From the IMG/VR virus record IMGVR_UViG_3300044621_000416, positions 1 through 32,787 of that record: DNA of 32,787 bases. One strand, 5' to 3'. The translations under genes were made by a program, and so were the position numbers. Positions 1 through 9,835 of the stretch are shown here, piece by piece. The notes under the pieces were generated by a model. The model made no database searches. It was not told the DNA's origin and saw only the letters and a program-made list of their open reading frames with translations. Source of the DNA: a virus. Lineage: Duplodnaviria; Caudoviricetes. Position 1 is the stretch's first letter. Every line of letters begins with the position of its first letter.

Positions 1-1014
1 AGTCCCCAGACCTAAAAGGCCTGCGGAGGTAAGGCGCATCCGCTCGGTGTTATTAGTTACGAAGTAAAAAGGGTGATTAGAAGTTGTCCCAATGAACGAG
101 GCGCTTGTGCCAGCCTTGATTCTTACACTATTTGCGCTAGGCTCTTCAAGATACAGTGAAGCGTCCAGGGAGCTGTTTAATCGCGCAGCGCCAAATACAT
201 CTAGCTTGTATGAAGAGGGTGTAGCCCCAACACCAACGTTCCCACTCGCATCAACAAACAACCGCCCAGTGCCATTAGTTGAGATGGCTACGTTGTTTGC
301 CGAAGGCAGATAAACCCCGTTACTGGGGGCGGTGCTGCTGGTGGGGATGAAGCTGGCGGCGGTGCTGGTGCCGGTGGTCGTGGTGTTCTGGCTGCCAAAG
401 TCCGGGCTGATCTTGGTACCAGCAATGGCGGCTGATGCGTTGATGTCGGCGTTCAGGATCGTGCCATCAGCAATCATCGTGCTGGTCACGGTGCCGGTAT
501 CGCCAGCAGTAATTGCGGTGCCGCTGATCTTGGTTTTATCAATCGCTGCAGCTGCGTTAATATCAGCGTTAACAATGGTGCCGTCAGCGATCTTGGCGCT
601 GGTAACAGCTCCATCAGCGATGTCAGCCGTAGCAAGCGTCAGGTCAGTAATGTTGGCGCTGCTAACGGTGATGCCAGTAGGCAAAGCACCATTGGCAAGT
701 TTGGTCAGGTCAATTGCCGCAGCAGCATTGATGTCCGCATTGACAATTGTTCCATCAGCAATTTTGCCACTAGTAACTGCACCATCAGCAATATCTGCAG
801 TAGCAATGGTTCCATCAGCAATCATCGTGCTGGTAATCGTGCCAGCAGGAACGTTGCTCAGGTTTTCTTTGGCAAGAGGTGTACCACCTGCCGTGGCGTT
901 GTCGTGAACAACAATAGTCTTCTTAGTAGTGTCGACGGTGACCTCACGAAGGGCACCAGTAAACGTGGAGTGCTCAGTAGTAGTACCACCACGCAGTTGA
1001 AGCTGATCAGCCAT
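1..1014 (-). CDS. Second tail fibre / receptor-binding protein with Mtd-N-like N-terminus (3' end truncated by window edge)
   Basis: Not in the ORF track because there is no stop in the window. Manual translation from ATG at 1014 is open to position 1: MADQLQLRGGTTTEHSTFTGALREVTVDTTKKTIVVHDNATAGGTPLAKE (Mtd/hyaluronidase N-terminal-like), then IADGxVT/IxNADIN repeats and fibre motifs RLFVDASGNVGVG and NNTERMRLTSAGLLGLGT. Confidence 0.85.
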   Translation of the reverse strand, partial: MADQLQLRGGTTTEHSTFTGALREVTVDTTKKTIVVHDNATAGGTPLAKENLSNVPAGTITSTMIADGTIATADIADGAVTSGKIADGTIVNADINAAAAIDLTKLANGALPTGITVSSANITDLTLATADIADGAVTSAKIADGTIVNADINAAAAIDKTKISGTAITAGDTGTVTSTMIADGTILNADINASAAIAGTKISPDFGSQNTTTTGTSTAASFIPTSSTAPSNGVYLPSANNVAISTNGTGRLFVDASGNVGVGATPSSYKLDVFGAARLNSSLDASLYLEEPSANSVRIKAGTSASFIGTTSNHPFYFVTNNTERMRLTSAGLLGLGT

Positions 1015-1034
1015 TTTTGTAGATTAGTAAATGA

Positions 1035-2303
1035 TCAAAGAGAGCCAAGGTTGGTAGAACTACAACCAATTGCACAGTTGTAAGCAGCCGTACCGCCAGA
1101 TTCACCAGTAAAGAAGTTAGAAATACAACCAGTAGAAAGATCACCTAGATTGATAATCTTGGAACCAGCAGAGCCAGAGGCAAGGTTATACAGGTCAATA
1201 AATGCCTTTTGACCCAGACTGATGGCCTGACTAGCCAGAACAATGGCTTGGTTAGAGGTTGTAGTTGCGGTATTAGCAGCAGTCGTTGCCGAGTTGGCAG
1301 TCGACAGAGCTGTTGAAGCTGTTGAAGAAGCGGTGTTAGCCGTACTGACAGCAGCAGAAGCATTGCTTGAGGCTGTGTTGGCAGTGTTAACTGCAGCTGT
1401 GGCGTTGCTGCTGGCAGTGTTGGCAGTACTGACGGCTGCAGAAGCGTTTGAACTTGCAGTGTTTGCTGTAGCAATTGCAGTTGCAGCATCAGCAGCTGCA
1501 GCATTAGCGGTAGTTACTGCTCCATTGGCAGTTGAAATGGCTGTCGAAGCGTTGGTAGCTGCTGAATTAGCCGTAGTTACAGCAGCACTAGCATTAGTAG
1601 ATGCAGTGTTGGCTGTGGTAACAGCACCGTTAGCAGCTGAGGAGGCAGCGTTAGCTGTACTAAAAGCAGAGTTAGCAGAGGTAACAGCGTTAGCAGCGCT
1701 AGCGTTAGCAGAGTTCGCAGTAGACAGAGCCGTAGCTGAGTCTGCAAGAGCAGTGTTGGCCGTGCTCAGAGCTGAAGATGCAGTGGACGAAGCTGTGTTT
1801 GCAGTAATAACAGCAGAACTTGCATTTGAAGATGCGTTATTAGCTGTGGTAACAGCTGCACTTGCGTTGGAAGCTGCAGTATTAGCAGTGGAGACAGCTG
1901 CAGAGGCATTTGTGCTGGCTGTATTAGCGGTGCTTACAGCTGCTGCAGAGTTGGTGAGTGCCGTATTTGCTGTCGAGGTGGCAGAAGCTGCAGCATTCTC
2001 TGTCTCTTGCGAGATGTACAGGGTTTGCAAGAAGTTCTCATTGAGGTCTTGAGAACGAATGGCAGAACCTGGATAGAAGGTAGTCTTGGTGGCAGCAGTA
2101 TCAGTAACACGAAAAATTCTAATAGCAGCCCCATTGGCTGGAGCTGTATTAAAAGATATCGTTGTAGCGTTGGCAAAGGTGTATGCAGTTGTAAGAGTAC
2201 CGTTCAAGCTGACCTTGACTTCGGTCTCCTCTAAATATGGGAAAGTAAAAGAATACAGGGAAAGAGAGCCATTCCCTGTATAAGTATTCTGAGTTACAGC
2301 CAT
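1035..2303 (-). CDS. Tail fibre protein with T7 gp17-type N-terminal adaptor and Ala/Ser/Thr/Asn coiled-coil shaft
   Basis: N-terminus TYTGNGS..YSFTFPYL....VKVSLNG ... F.PGS.IRSQDLNENFLQTLYISQE matches the T7-type tail fibre N-domain; lies directly after the internal virion genes. Confidence 0.9.
   Translation of the reverse strand: MAVTQNTYTGNGSLSLYSFTFPYLEETEVKVSLNGTLTTAYTFANATTISFNTAPANGAAIRIFRVTDTAATKTTFYPGSAIRSQDLNENFLQTLYISQETENAAASATSTANTALTNSAAAVSTANTASTNASAAVSTANTAASNASAAVTTANNASSNASSAVITANTASSTASSALSTANTALADSATALSTANSANASAANAVTSANSAFSTANAASSAANGAVTTANTASTNASAAVTTANSAATNASTAISTANGAVTTANAAAADAATAIATANTASSNASAAVSTANTASSNATAAVNTANTASSNASAAVSTANTASSTASTALSTANSATTAANTATTTSNQAIVLASQAISLGQKAFIDLYNLASGSAGSKIINLGDLSTGCISNFFTGESGGTAAYNCAIGCSSTNLGSL
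1245..1985 (-). repeat. Degenerate ~14-codon (42-nt) coding repeat, unit like ANTASTNASAAVST
   Basis: Recurring ANTAS(T/S)NASAAV(S/T)T units in the translation; synonymous positions diverged. Boundaries approximate. Confidence 0.8.
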
Positions 2304-2309
2304 TTACGC

Positions 2310-5300
2310 CTATTTGTTGGTGTTAGACAGCAGGTTGCTTACAGCATTTAGGTCGCCTGCTTGTTGGCGGTTAGCCCGCACTTGCTTACGTTGGCCAGTA
2401 ATCACAAGATCAGGGTATGCATTACGCATCTTGATCTCAGCAACGTCTTTTGCATAGTCAAAGATCCTCTCGATCTCGTTGTACAAGAGACTTTTTTTGA
2501 TGGGGGTATTATTAGGATCAGTCGGAGTCTGACCAGGAATACCTTTGTTCCTTAGACGCTGGTAGTATTTAATCTCATCCTGGATCTGTCGTTTTTCAAA
2601 CAGAGCTGCAAGCTGTTTTTCAACGTTCTGCTCTCCTATGTAGGATTGCATGATTGAACGCTGCTCAGCATTGAGCTTGTTGCCATAGCGATCCGTCGAC
2701 AAGGTGTAGTTAAGGTCAAAGCCTGTATTCCTAAGGGTGCGACGGGTCTCTGAGTCGTTCGACGTGATCTGAATAGGACTGATACTGTTGAGCATCCGTG
2801 TGGGGAAGTCGTAATCACGGAGAATCTCACCACTCAGCACATCCCGCTTGACGGGGAGAGTGCCTCGTGCAATGGGGTTACGGTTCCTGATGGTGCTCCA
2901 GATATCTTTCTCAACTTCACGCATGCCAGGATTGAGGACGTTGGCAATCTCGTTCCTGAGGCTGGCAAATGGAACATGGTTGTTGATCATATTGGCGACC
3001 CAGACCTGATTGCGATTTACATCAAGGCTGAGTACTTCCATCAAATCACCAAGACCACTCAAGAAGGACTTGTTGGTTACGTTCTGAGCAATCAAAAACG
3101 AAGCCTTCTGAAGCTGGTTCTCAGTCCAACTTTCGCCAAGGTTCTGAACGTTGTCGCCAATGTCAGCAACCAAAGCCAAGAATGAGGCAAAGGGCTCAAG
3201 GCCGTCATAGTTGATGAACTTGTCACCGACTTTGATCGAGCGGGGACGCCATCCAGCTTGAATCCAAGCGTTGCGGAGCTCAGTATCTGCAGGACCGTTG
3301 CCAGTCAGTCGACCACTGGTGTAGAGACCACCTGCAGCTGCCACAGTCATATAGCCAGTAGCGATTCGACCACGCATCAACGCTTTGGCCTCCATGAGCT
3401 TCTCAGGAGAGGTGATGCCATAGCGCATAACCTGAGTAAGGTCATCAGGCTGGGCGCTCATTACATGACGCACCTCGTCGTTGAAGGTTGCAAGTAGAGG
3501 GGTGTGCTTAGCCACAACTCCCATGGCGTTAACACCCGTCTTCATAAATAGGAAGAACGGACGAAGCATGGGGATTTGGGTCAAGGCACGGTCAATAGCT
3601 GCAAGCCTGGGGCCAAGAGGTGTCATCAGCGAGGCTTCATCACCAGCCATGACAGCAAACTTGTTGATGACTTCACCCTGACGGTTGAAGACCAATTCCC
3701 TAAGCTCACCTTCATATCGTTTCACCAGATCGCTTGTAAGCTCACCACCAGTTTCATTCCACGCCTTTTCAAATGCCTGAGACTTCAGCTCCATACGACC
3801 AACAATGGTCTTGGAGAAAGCGTCAATAGCAGCCATTGCATTGGTCGGATACCGAACCCATGACTGGTTGTTGAAGTCATGGAGAGCAGAAGTGAACCGA
3901 TACATCGCCTTCTCAGCGAACGTACCTTCCCGCTCAATCACAGCACCCATAGCCTTCCAAGGCTGGGTTTCAGTAGGAGGAATGATCCGGTTGACTTGGT
4001 AAGGAACATCATCGAGATTCCTAACCAGGCTCATATGGGTATTCCTAGCAAGCTTCCAAGCCTCTCCAGCACCTTCAAACATGGCCATGGCCTGGTGCAT
4101 GCCAAGCTGCATGAGTTTGGAGTCGCCTTGAGAAAGGCCTCCCAGCATCACCTGTAAGGGCCTGAGAGCGACGACAAGGTTGGTACCAGCAAATGCCCTA
4201 GCAAGGGTCTTGGGACCGCTCAGGATGCTGTTGTAAAGGGTTGTCTGCAGACCATCAACAAAGGCGGATTTCTTATTCTCGTGCCCAATGAAGCTGGACC
4301 AGTTAAAGATCTTCTCTTTGCTGTACTTGTAAAGGTTGTTCAGGGTGTTGGGGTCACCACCACTCTCAGCAAAAGCTTTCATCATCAGCTCAGCCATCTC
4401 TGGATCTTCATCCAGTACCTTGCCAAGACGGTCGATGTAGACACGGATGTTCTCAGATTGGAGGGGACTAGCAATAGCCTTCCCAAACTTGCCAGTCTTT
4501 AGCCATTCAAGAGCCGAACCACGGAGATAGGAAGCCTCATGTAGAGCAGTCAGCGACATCTCGTAGTTGGTCAGGAGCCGCTGCCTCAGAATGCCAGTAT
4601 CAAAGTCTTCAGCAATGGAAAGGGTGCCTGCTGCAAGGTCACGTAAGTACTGACCCTGTGTATTGGCAAGCATTTCGACAGCCTTGTACTCGATATCTCC
4701 AAGAGTTCCCTTCATAGAGGGATCTTTGGAGTTCTGAAGGGCCTGAGCAAAGCGAGCTGCATCATCAGGATCCATTGCTGCATCCATCAGATCAACGTAC
4801 TTAGCAGCAACTAGGTTGCCTACTTTTTCACGGTCGTAACGCAGACCTTTGACATTCTCTCCATGCCAGTCCATACGGTCCATTTCCCGCTCCAGCTCTC
4901 GATAGAGTTTCTTGAGAGCAGGATCACCACCGCTTAGAGCATTGCGGATACGGGATTCGGTGGCAAGCACCTGACGGCTGCCATACTTCTGGCTGCCATC
5001 AATCTCCATGTCATAGAGCTGCTTGAGGTTCTCAAAGTAACCAGTACGAACATTGGCAGCCGTAGGAGCAACACCTTTATCTGGGAGATCAAAGAAGTCG
5101 CCATGGGCAAACCGGTTGGGTTCAACCATGTCGGGGTCTTTGGTTGCATAGTCAAGGATCTCCTCCTCTTGGGGTTTGATCCTCTCTTGCTCCAACTTGT
5201 CAGCAGTGCTCTTGGCAACAGCTTGAGGGTCAACGTTCTCACCTTTGGCAGCAGCCCTAGCGGCCTTCTTGCCTGCCTTGGATGCCAGAGCAAGGTCAAT

Positions 5301-6038
5301 GGCTACACCAAGACCAATGCCCTCCAGCATGTTCTTCAGACGGCGCTCAAGAGCTGAGTCGTCCTTGTCGGTAGTGATGACTGGAGCCCAGGGGATAACC
5401 TTCTTGATCTCATCACCAATGGTTTCTCCTTCAGAAAAGGAGCTGGTGAAATCAGCCATGGCACCTTTGACAGCACCCCGTGCTACAGCACCACCTTTGG
5501 TAGTGGCAGTAGAGGTAAGGAACTGACCAGCCTTGACTGCTGGGGCAATTTTGGAGACCTTGAAGAGATTGCCAACACCACCTGTACCAGCGGTCAGAAG
5601 ACCAAACTCAAGAAGACCCCTGGTGATGTTTCCCCAGACAGTCCTGTTCATGGGTTCAGCTTCGTCAGCAACCTGAAGCCAGGTGGGCTTAAACTCCTTC
5701 TCCAGGAGCTGGCCAGTGAGGAGGCCCTCAGCGGTACCTCCAACACTTTCCACGGCATCGATACCTGCTCCAACGACCGCAGTGCCTAGTTCCTGAACAA
5801 CGTTGGGCTGAGGCTTGGCAGCGTTTTCTGCTTGTTGAGCTGACTGTGCTTGTTGTTTTTGATTGGCTGCAGCAGTTGCAGCCTTTTGCTGATCAATTTT
5901 CTGTTGCTCTTGTTGGAGCATTTGGTTGGCTTCAGCATCACGCTTAGCCTGCTCATCCTCCAGCTCAAGGAGTCGTGCCTCGTTGCTGTAATAGTTAGGG
6001 TTAACAAGAGCCGCACTAGACGGCGTTGAGTAGGTCAT
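2310..6038 (-). CDS. Large internal virion (ejection) protein, gp16-like
   Basis: 1242 aa, located between the gp15-like gene and the tail fibre as in T7-like phages; C-terminal half has motifs such as GRLTGNGP and GWRPRSIK..INYDGLEPF familiar from cyanopodovirus gp16-like proteins. Confidence 0.75.
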   Translation of the reverse strand: MTYSTPSSAALVNPNYYSNEARLLELEDEQAKRDAEANQMLQQEQQKIDQQKAATAAANQKQQAQSAQQAENAAKPQPNVVQELGTAVVGAGIDAVESVGGTAEGLLTGQLLEKEFKPTWLQVADEAEPMNRTVWGNITRGLLEFGLLTAGTGGVGNLFKVSKIAPAVKAGQFLTSTATTKGGAVARGAVKGAMADFTSSFSEGETIGDEIKKVIPWAPVITTDKDDSALERRLKNMLEGIGLGVAIDLALASKAGKKAARAAAKGENVDPQAVAKSTADKLEQERIKPQEEEILDYATKDPDMVEPNRFAHGDFFDLPDKGVAPTAANVRTGYFENLKQLYDMEIDGSQKYGSRQVLATESRIRNALSGGDPALKKLYRELEREMDRMDWHGENVKGLRYDREKVGNLVAAKYVDLMDAAMDPDDAARFAQALQNSKDPSMKGTLGDIEYKAVEMLANTQGQYLRDLAAGTLSIAEDFDTGILRQRLLTNYEMSLTALHEASYLRGSALEWLKTGKFGKAIASPLQSENIRVYIDRLGKVLDEDPEMAELMMKAFAESGGDPNTLNNLYKYSKEKIFNWSSFIGHENKKSAFVDGLQTTLYNSILSGPKTLARAFAGTNLVVALRPLQVMLGGLSQGDSKLMQLGMHQAMAMFEGAGEAWKLARNTHMSLVRNLDDVPYQVNRIIPPTETQPWKAMGAVIEREGTFAEKAMYRFTSALHDFNNQSWVRYPTNAMAAIDAFSKTIVGRMELKSQAFEKAWNETGGELTSDLVKRYEGELRELVFNRQGEVINKFAVMAGDEASLMTPLGPRLAAIDRALTQIPMLRPFFLFMKTGVNAMGVVAKHTPLLATFNDEVRHVMSAQPDDLTQVMRYGITSPEKLMEAKALMRGRIATGYMTVAAAGGLYTSGRLTGNGPADTELRNAWIQAGWRPRSIKVGDKFINYDGLEPFASFLALVADIGDNVQNLGESWTENQLQKASFLIAQNVTNKSFLSGLGDLMEVLSLDVNRNQVWVANMINNHVPFASLRNEIANVLNPGMREVEKDIWSTIRNRNPIARGTLPVKRDVLSGEILRDYDFPTRMLNSISPIQITSNDSETRRTLRNTGFDLNYTLSTDRYGNKLNAEQRSIMQSYIGEQNVEKQLAALFEKRQIQDEIKYYQRLRNKGIPGQTPTDPNNTPIKKSLLYNEIERIFDYAKDVAEIKMRNAYPDLVITGQRKQVRANRQQAGDLNAVSNLLSNTNK

Positions 6039-9000
6039 TAGTCAACATAGATTTGCTTGGCAATTGCTGACGGATTGCGCTTACCTTTGGTTGTTTCCTG
6101 GATGCCCGTAGGACCAGAAAGGTGTTCAATATGAACGTGGGGACCAGTAGAGCGTCCACCACCTCGTGTACCAGGAGTACCGCCAGAGAGTGCAATCATT
6201 TGCTTTGCACCAATACGGTCACCAGGACGCACATAAACATCAGTCAAGTGGGCTAGTCGTACAACATTGCCGTCTGCCAGTCGTACATCAACAAAGCCGC
6301 CGTAGCCGCCATTGCTTTTACTAGGTGACCCAACTTGAATGACTTCCCCAGGCTGTCGCAGACTTAGCTTGGAACCTTGTCCAACACCGTAGTCATTGCC
6401 TTCATGGGGATTCTTTCTAAAAGATTCGTGCTCACCAAAACCACTAGTAAGGGGAAGCTCTCCCAACACCTTGCGACCAATGGTCGACATAAGCTGAGGG
6501 TTACGCCACACAGAGCCCCCTTGGGCTCCCTTACGAAGCCAGCTGGAAGCCTTAGGTCCATGCATTTTCAGCATATTCTCAACATGGTCAGAAACTGAAC
6601 CATTGGAATCAGCACTGAAATTGCGGCCAGTACTACGAGCTTGCGAGACAAATGCAGGAGCTTGTACGGCCTGATACATCGTGGAGAGGGTATCTCCAGG
6701 ACGAATACCTGTGTCTTTGAGATAACGGACGACAGCATTGGCCATCTCCATGTAGCTCATGCCAGGCCTTACGCCATACTTGCGCTGGTTAGCAGGAGAG
6801 AATTGGATCCATCCAAGGTATTGACCACCAGCTCCGCCAAAGGTGTCAAGACCACTACGGTTCTGGCCACTCAATAGCTGACCAGCAGTTTCGTAGTTGA
6901 TAAATGTGGCAACAGCTTGTGGGTCAACACCAAGCGAATTGGCGATGTACTTAACAGCTTGCTGAGCAGCTCCAGGGCCAACAAGGCCAGCACTTGTCAA
7001 AGCACGAGAGGTACGTGCCCCTGTGGGCAGGGTAAGAAGGCGCTGAAGTTGAGGGGGAAGGGTAGAGTCAGCCCATCGCTGTGCATAAGGACGTTGACGT
7101 TTTAGACCGAAAGATCCAAGCATCAGATCAGCAACGTCATACTCGTTATATGGAGTGCCGTCTGGCTTGAGCTTGCCCTTTCGTTGTAGAACACGGGTGT
7201 ATGCAAGAACAGTAGGAGAAAGCCCTCTAGTTGGGTCTTGCATTTGTATGGCTTCCTGTTCAGTTAAAAGTCCTCGCTCTTTAGCCTGAGACAGAACAGC
7301 AATACCACCTGATTCAATTTGGGAAATGGCAGTTTTGTTAGCCTGTTGTGCTGCTGTCACTCGATTACGAGCTGCACCGCCACTTGAAAAAGCTGGGAAG
7401 CCAGCTTGCTCGCCAAGTTTGCCGTTAGTCTTGTAGTTACCGCGACCATTAGCAATATCATCTTGAAGAGCCATAGATGCTTGCGTATACGCTGTGAGAG
7501 GATCCATGTTTGGATTGGCTCTCAACAAATCAGCTGCTCGACGATCCAAGTCAGCTTGGGCATGAAGGACAGCAAGCTCTGCAGATGGGGGAAGTACTTT
7601 ATCGTTGTCCGCTTTGTTGATCAGAGTCGCAATAGCTTTGCGAGCAATGCCCTCAAACTTTTTCTTTTCAGGATCGACCCGTGGAGCATTGAGCTTGTCT
7701 AACGCCGTAGCATCATCCATAAACTCTTTGGCAACTTCAGGAAGATATTTGCCAGTTTGCAGTTCCGCAACGGTAAGCCTACGAGAATCCCTAAGAGACT
7801 TGAGAATATTGCGCTGCTCTTCTCTAGCCCTAGCCTGGAGCGAGAAATTTTCCTTGTAGTTTTTAAAGAGATCTGGACGCTCAGTGGTTTTAAACTTGTC
7901 TTGGAACTGACGTTCGTAGCTATCAATTACTTCGTCACTCAGAGTAACACCGCTGAGAGCCTTTTCTGTTTCACGCAGGAAAGATTGTTTGTCAACCTGC
8001 TCATCTTCAAGCAAATCACGGAAAGCCTTATTTTCGTTATCGCGGACTTTACGTTCGACATCAAACCAATCTTGGAAATATAGGTCTCCATTTGACTTGC
8101 CTGCCATAAAAGATGGTGAATCCTTTACGGAGCGGACAGTATCAGCCGTAACTCCTGAACCATCAGTTTTCTGAAGGTTATAGAGAAGCGACATAAGCTC
8201 CTTTCGGGCTTCGCGTGTACCAAGTCCAAGAGCCCTTAGTCGAACCAAGGAGTTTGTAAAAGCAGTAGGGTCACTACCAACTGTTTGGGCAAACTCGCTA
8301 AATACCTCGTCCTGACCTTGCTGCTGAAGTTCAGCGTTATAGACACGCATGTACTCACCCATGGTTTCTGCCTCAGCACGACGCATCTGATTGAATGCGT
8401 ATTCGTTGAGGAGAGCTGGGTTCATACCCAGGAGCCCATTCTGCTGCATGTATACCTTCCGCAGCTCAGCCAGGGCTGCCGACTTTTGGGCACGGCCCTG
8501 GGCTGTGGCTGCCGTGAAATACGTGCCATCAGGGAGGGGGATCTGAATATCGTTGTTGCTGTTAAGCTGATTGTTGATCCACTCTCGATAGTTGGATCCA
8601 GCAAGCTGTGCCATACCCTTGGCATAGCCATACTTCCGCCAACCTGAGAGCTGCTGGAAGCGGGAGACAGTCTCCAGGTCTGCACCTTGCTGCTGAGCTA
8701 CAGCTGCGACACCATCAAGTTGATCGCGGGTCTTTGCAAGTTGAGCTTCTTGTTCTTTGAATGCTTCAATCTGTTCTAAAGGCAGTCCGTCCTCATAAGC
8801 CTTACTGAGGCCATCGAGCATATCTGCCTCGTTCTTTTGCTTACCAATGGTGACCAGAGTGTTGCCTAGAGTCTCTGAGAAATCAGCAAGATAGGTAAGC
8901 TGTTGGAGCTTCATGTTCTCAAGAGCAGTCTGCCTGAAGGCATACATATTTTGCTGCTCTGTCTGCATGTTCTGCCGTAGCAGAGGAGTTACATCCGGGG

Positions 9001-9070
9001 CTTGAATAGCGTTAAGGCCTTGGCCTTGGGCAAAACCCTGGAACTGCAACTGTGGTTCAACCTGTTTCAT
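6038..9070 (-). CDS. Internal virion protein, gp15-like, with C-terminal lysozyme/SLT-like and M23 peptidase domains
   Basis: About 1010 aa, syntenic position; M23 motifs HEGND (HxxxD) and STGPHVH (HxH); upstream segment LGVDP....INYETAG...GWIQF resembles a lytic transglycosylase. ATG at 9070 preferred over TTG at 9073. Confidence 0.8.
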   Translation of the reverse strand: MKQVEPQLQFQGFAQGQGLNAIQAPDVTPLLRQNMQTEQQNMYAFRQTALENMKLQQLTYLADFSETLGNTLVTIGKQKNEADMLDGLSKAYEDGLPLEQIEAFKEQEAQLAKTRDQLDGVAAVAQQQGADLETVSRFQQLSGWRKYGYAKGMAQLAGSNYREWINNQLNSNNDIQIPLPDGTYFTAATAQGRAQKSAALAELRKVYMQQNGLLGMNPALLNEYAFNQMRRAEAETMGEYMRVYNAELQQQGQDEVFSEFAQTVGSDPTAFTNSLVRLRALGLGTREARKELMSLLYNLQKTDGSGVTADTVRSVKDSPSFMAGKSNGDLYFQDWFDVERKVRDNENKAFRDLLEDEQVDKQSFLRETEKALSGVTLSDEVIDSYERQFQDKFKTTERPDLFKNYKENFSLQARAREEQRNILKSLRDSRRLTVAELQTGKYLPEVAKEFMDDATALDKLNAPRVDPEKKKFEGIARKAIATLINKADNDKVLPPSAELAVLHAQADLDRRAADLLRANPNMDPLTAYTQASMALQDDIANGRGNYKTNGKLGEQAGFPAFSSGGAARNRVTAAQQANKTAISQIESGGIAVLSQAKERGLLTEQEAIQMQDPTRGLSPTVLAYTRVLQRKGKLKPDGTPYNEYDVADLMLGSFGLKRQRPYAQRWADSTLPPQLQRLLTLPTGARTSRALTSAGLVGPGAAQQAVKYIANSLGVDPQAVATFINYETAGQLLSGQNRSGLDTFGGAGGQYLGWIQFSPANQRKYGVRPGMSYMEMANAVVRYLKDTGIRPGDTLSTMYQAVQAPAFVSQARSTGRNFSADSNGSVSDHVENMLKMHGPKASSWLRKGAQGGSVWRNPQLMSTIGRKVLGELPLTSGFGEHESFRKNPHEGNDYGVGQGSKLSLRQPGEVIQVGSPSKSNGGYGGFVDVRLADGNVVRLAHLTDVYVRPGDRIGAKQMIALSGGTPGTRGGGRSTGPHVHIEHLSGPTGIQETTKGKRNPSAIAKQIYVD

Positions 9071-9091
9071 CAAACAAAATCGGATGAGGTA

Positions 9092-9835
9092 TTAAGAGAA
9101 TTTAGGGAGACCTGCTCCGTAAGCCCAGGCATTGAGACCAGACCCTGAAGGAGTTGTGTTTATAGAGGCTACATTTCGACCAGATTGATTAAAGCTGCCA
9201 GCTGAAGGTGCTCTCAAAGAAGCATAGGTACCTAGGCCAGCCATCAAGCTATTACCAATCATCAAAGCAGTATTAAATCCACTAGGAGCCTGAGGCATTG
9301 GGACAGCGGATTGGAGAGTAGGAGCGATAGCAACTTGCTGCCAAGCGTTGAGGTTTTGGCTGAAGGAGTCGCGGGAAATCTGATCAAGGTTTCTTGCTGA
9401 CTGAGCCTGAGCACTAGCCAAACTCTCAGCCTGGATAGCTTGATTGCGGCCAAACTGACCAAGGGTGCCAACAAGGTTTGCACGAGCAGCACTCCTGCCA
9501 TAGCGTTCAGTAGCGTTATTAGCTCCACGGGTTTCAACAAGGTTTTGAAGAGCACCTTGCTGTTGAAAGGCTGCTTGAGCAAACAACTCATTGAGTCGAA
9601 TTTGCTCGGTTGCATAAGCCCTGTTAGCAGCATCTCGGTTGTAACCGAACTGCTCTTGGACCATGCCAAGCTGCCGTCCAAAGTTCTGCTCAGTCCGCCT
9701 GTTGGCGGTCTCAGTCATGGCATTTTGGAAGGCAGTGTTGTATGCGGCTTGACCAGCAGCCTCATTTTGCTGATTCAAACCGCCAAGGATTCCCATGCCA
9801 GCCTGTGCTGCACCAAGGATTATTGGAAGGACCAT
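9092..9835 (-). CDS. Internal virion protein, gp14-like
   Basis: 247 aa, Ala/Gln/Gly-rich with hydrophobic Gly-rich N-terminus; position between gp13-like and gp15-like genes. Confidence 0.7.
   Translation of the reverse strand: MVLPIILGAAQAGMGILGGLNQQNEAAGQAAYNTAFQNAMTETANRRTEQNFGRQLGMVQEQFGYNRDAANRAYATEQIRLNELFAQAAFQQQGALQNLVETRGANNATERYGRSAARANLVGTLGQFGRNQAIQAESLASAQAQSARNLDQISRDSFSQNLNAWQQVAIAPTLQSAVPMPQAPSGFNTALMIGNSLMAGLGTYASLRAPSAGSFNQSGRNVASINTTPSGSGLNAWAYGAGLPKFS

Noticed and set aside
92-2283. Long plus-strand ORFs (332-907, 1243-2052 and others)
   Set aside because: Antisense shadows of repetitive tail fibre genes; no independent motifs.
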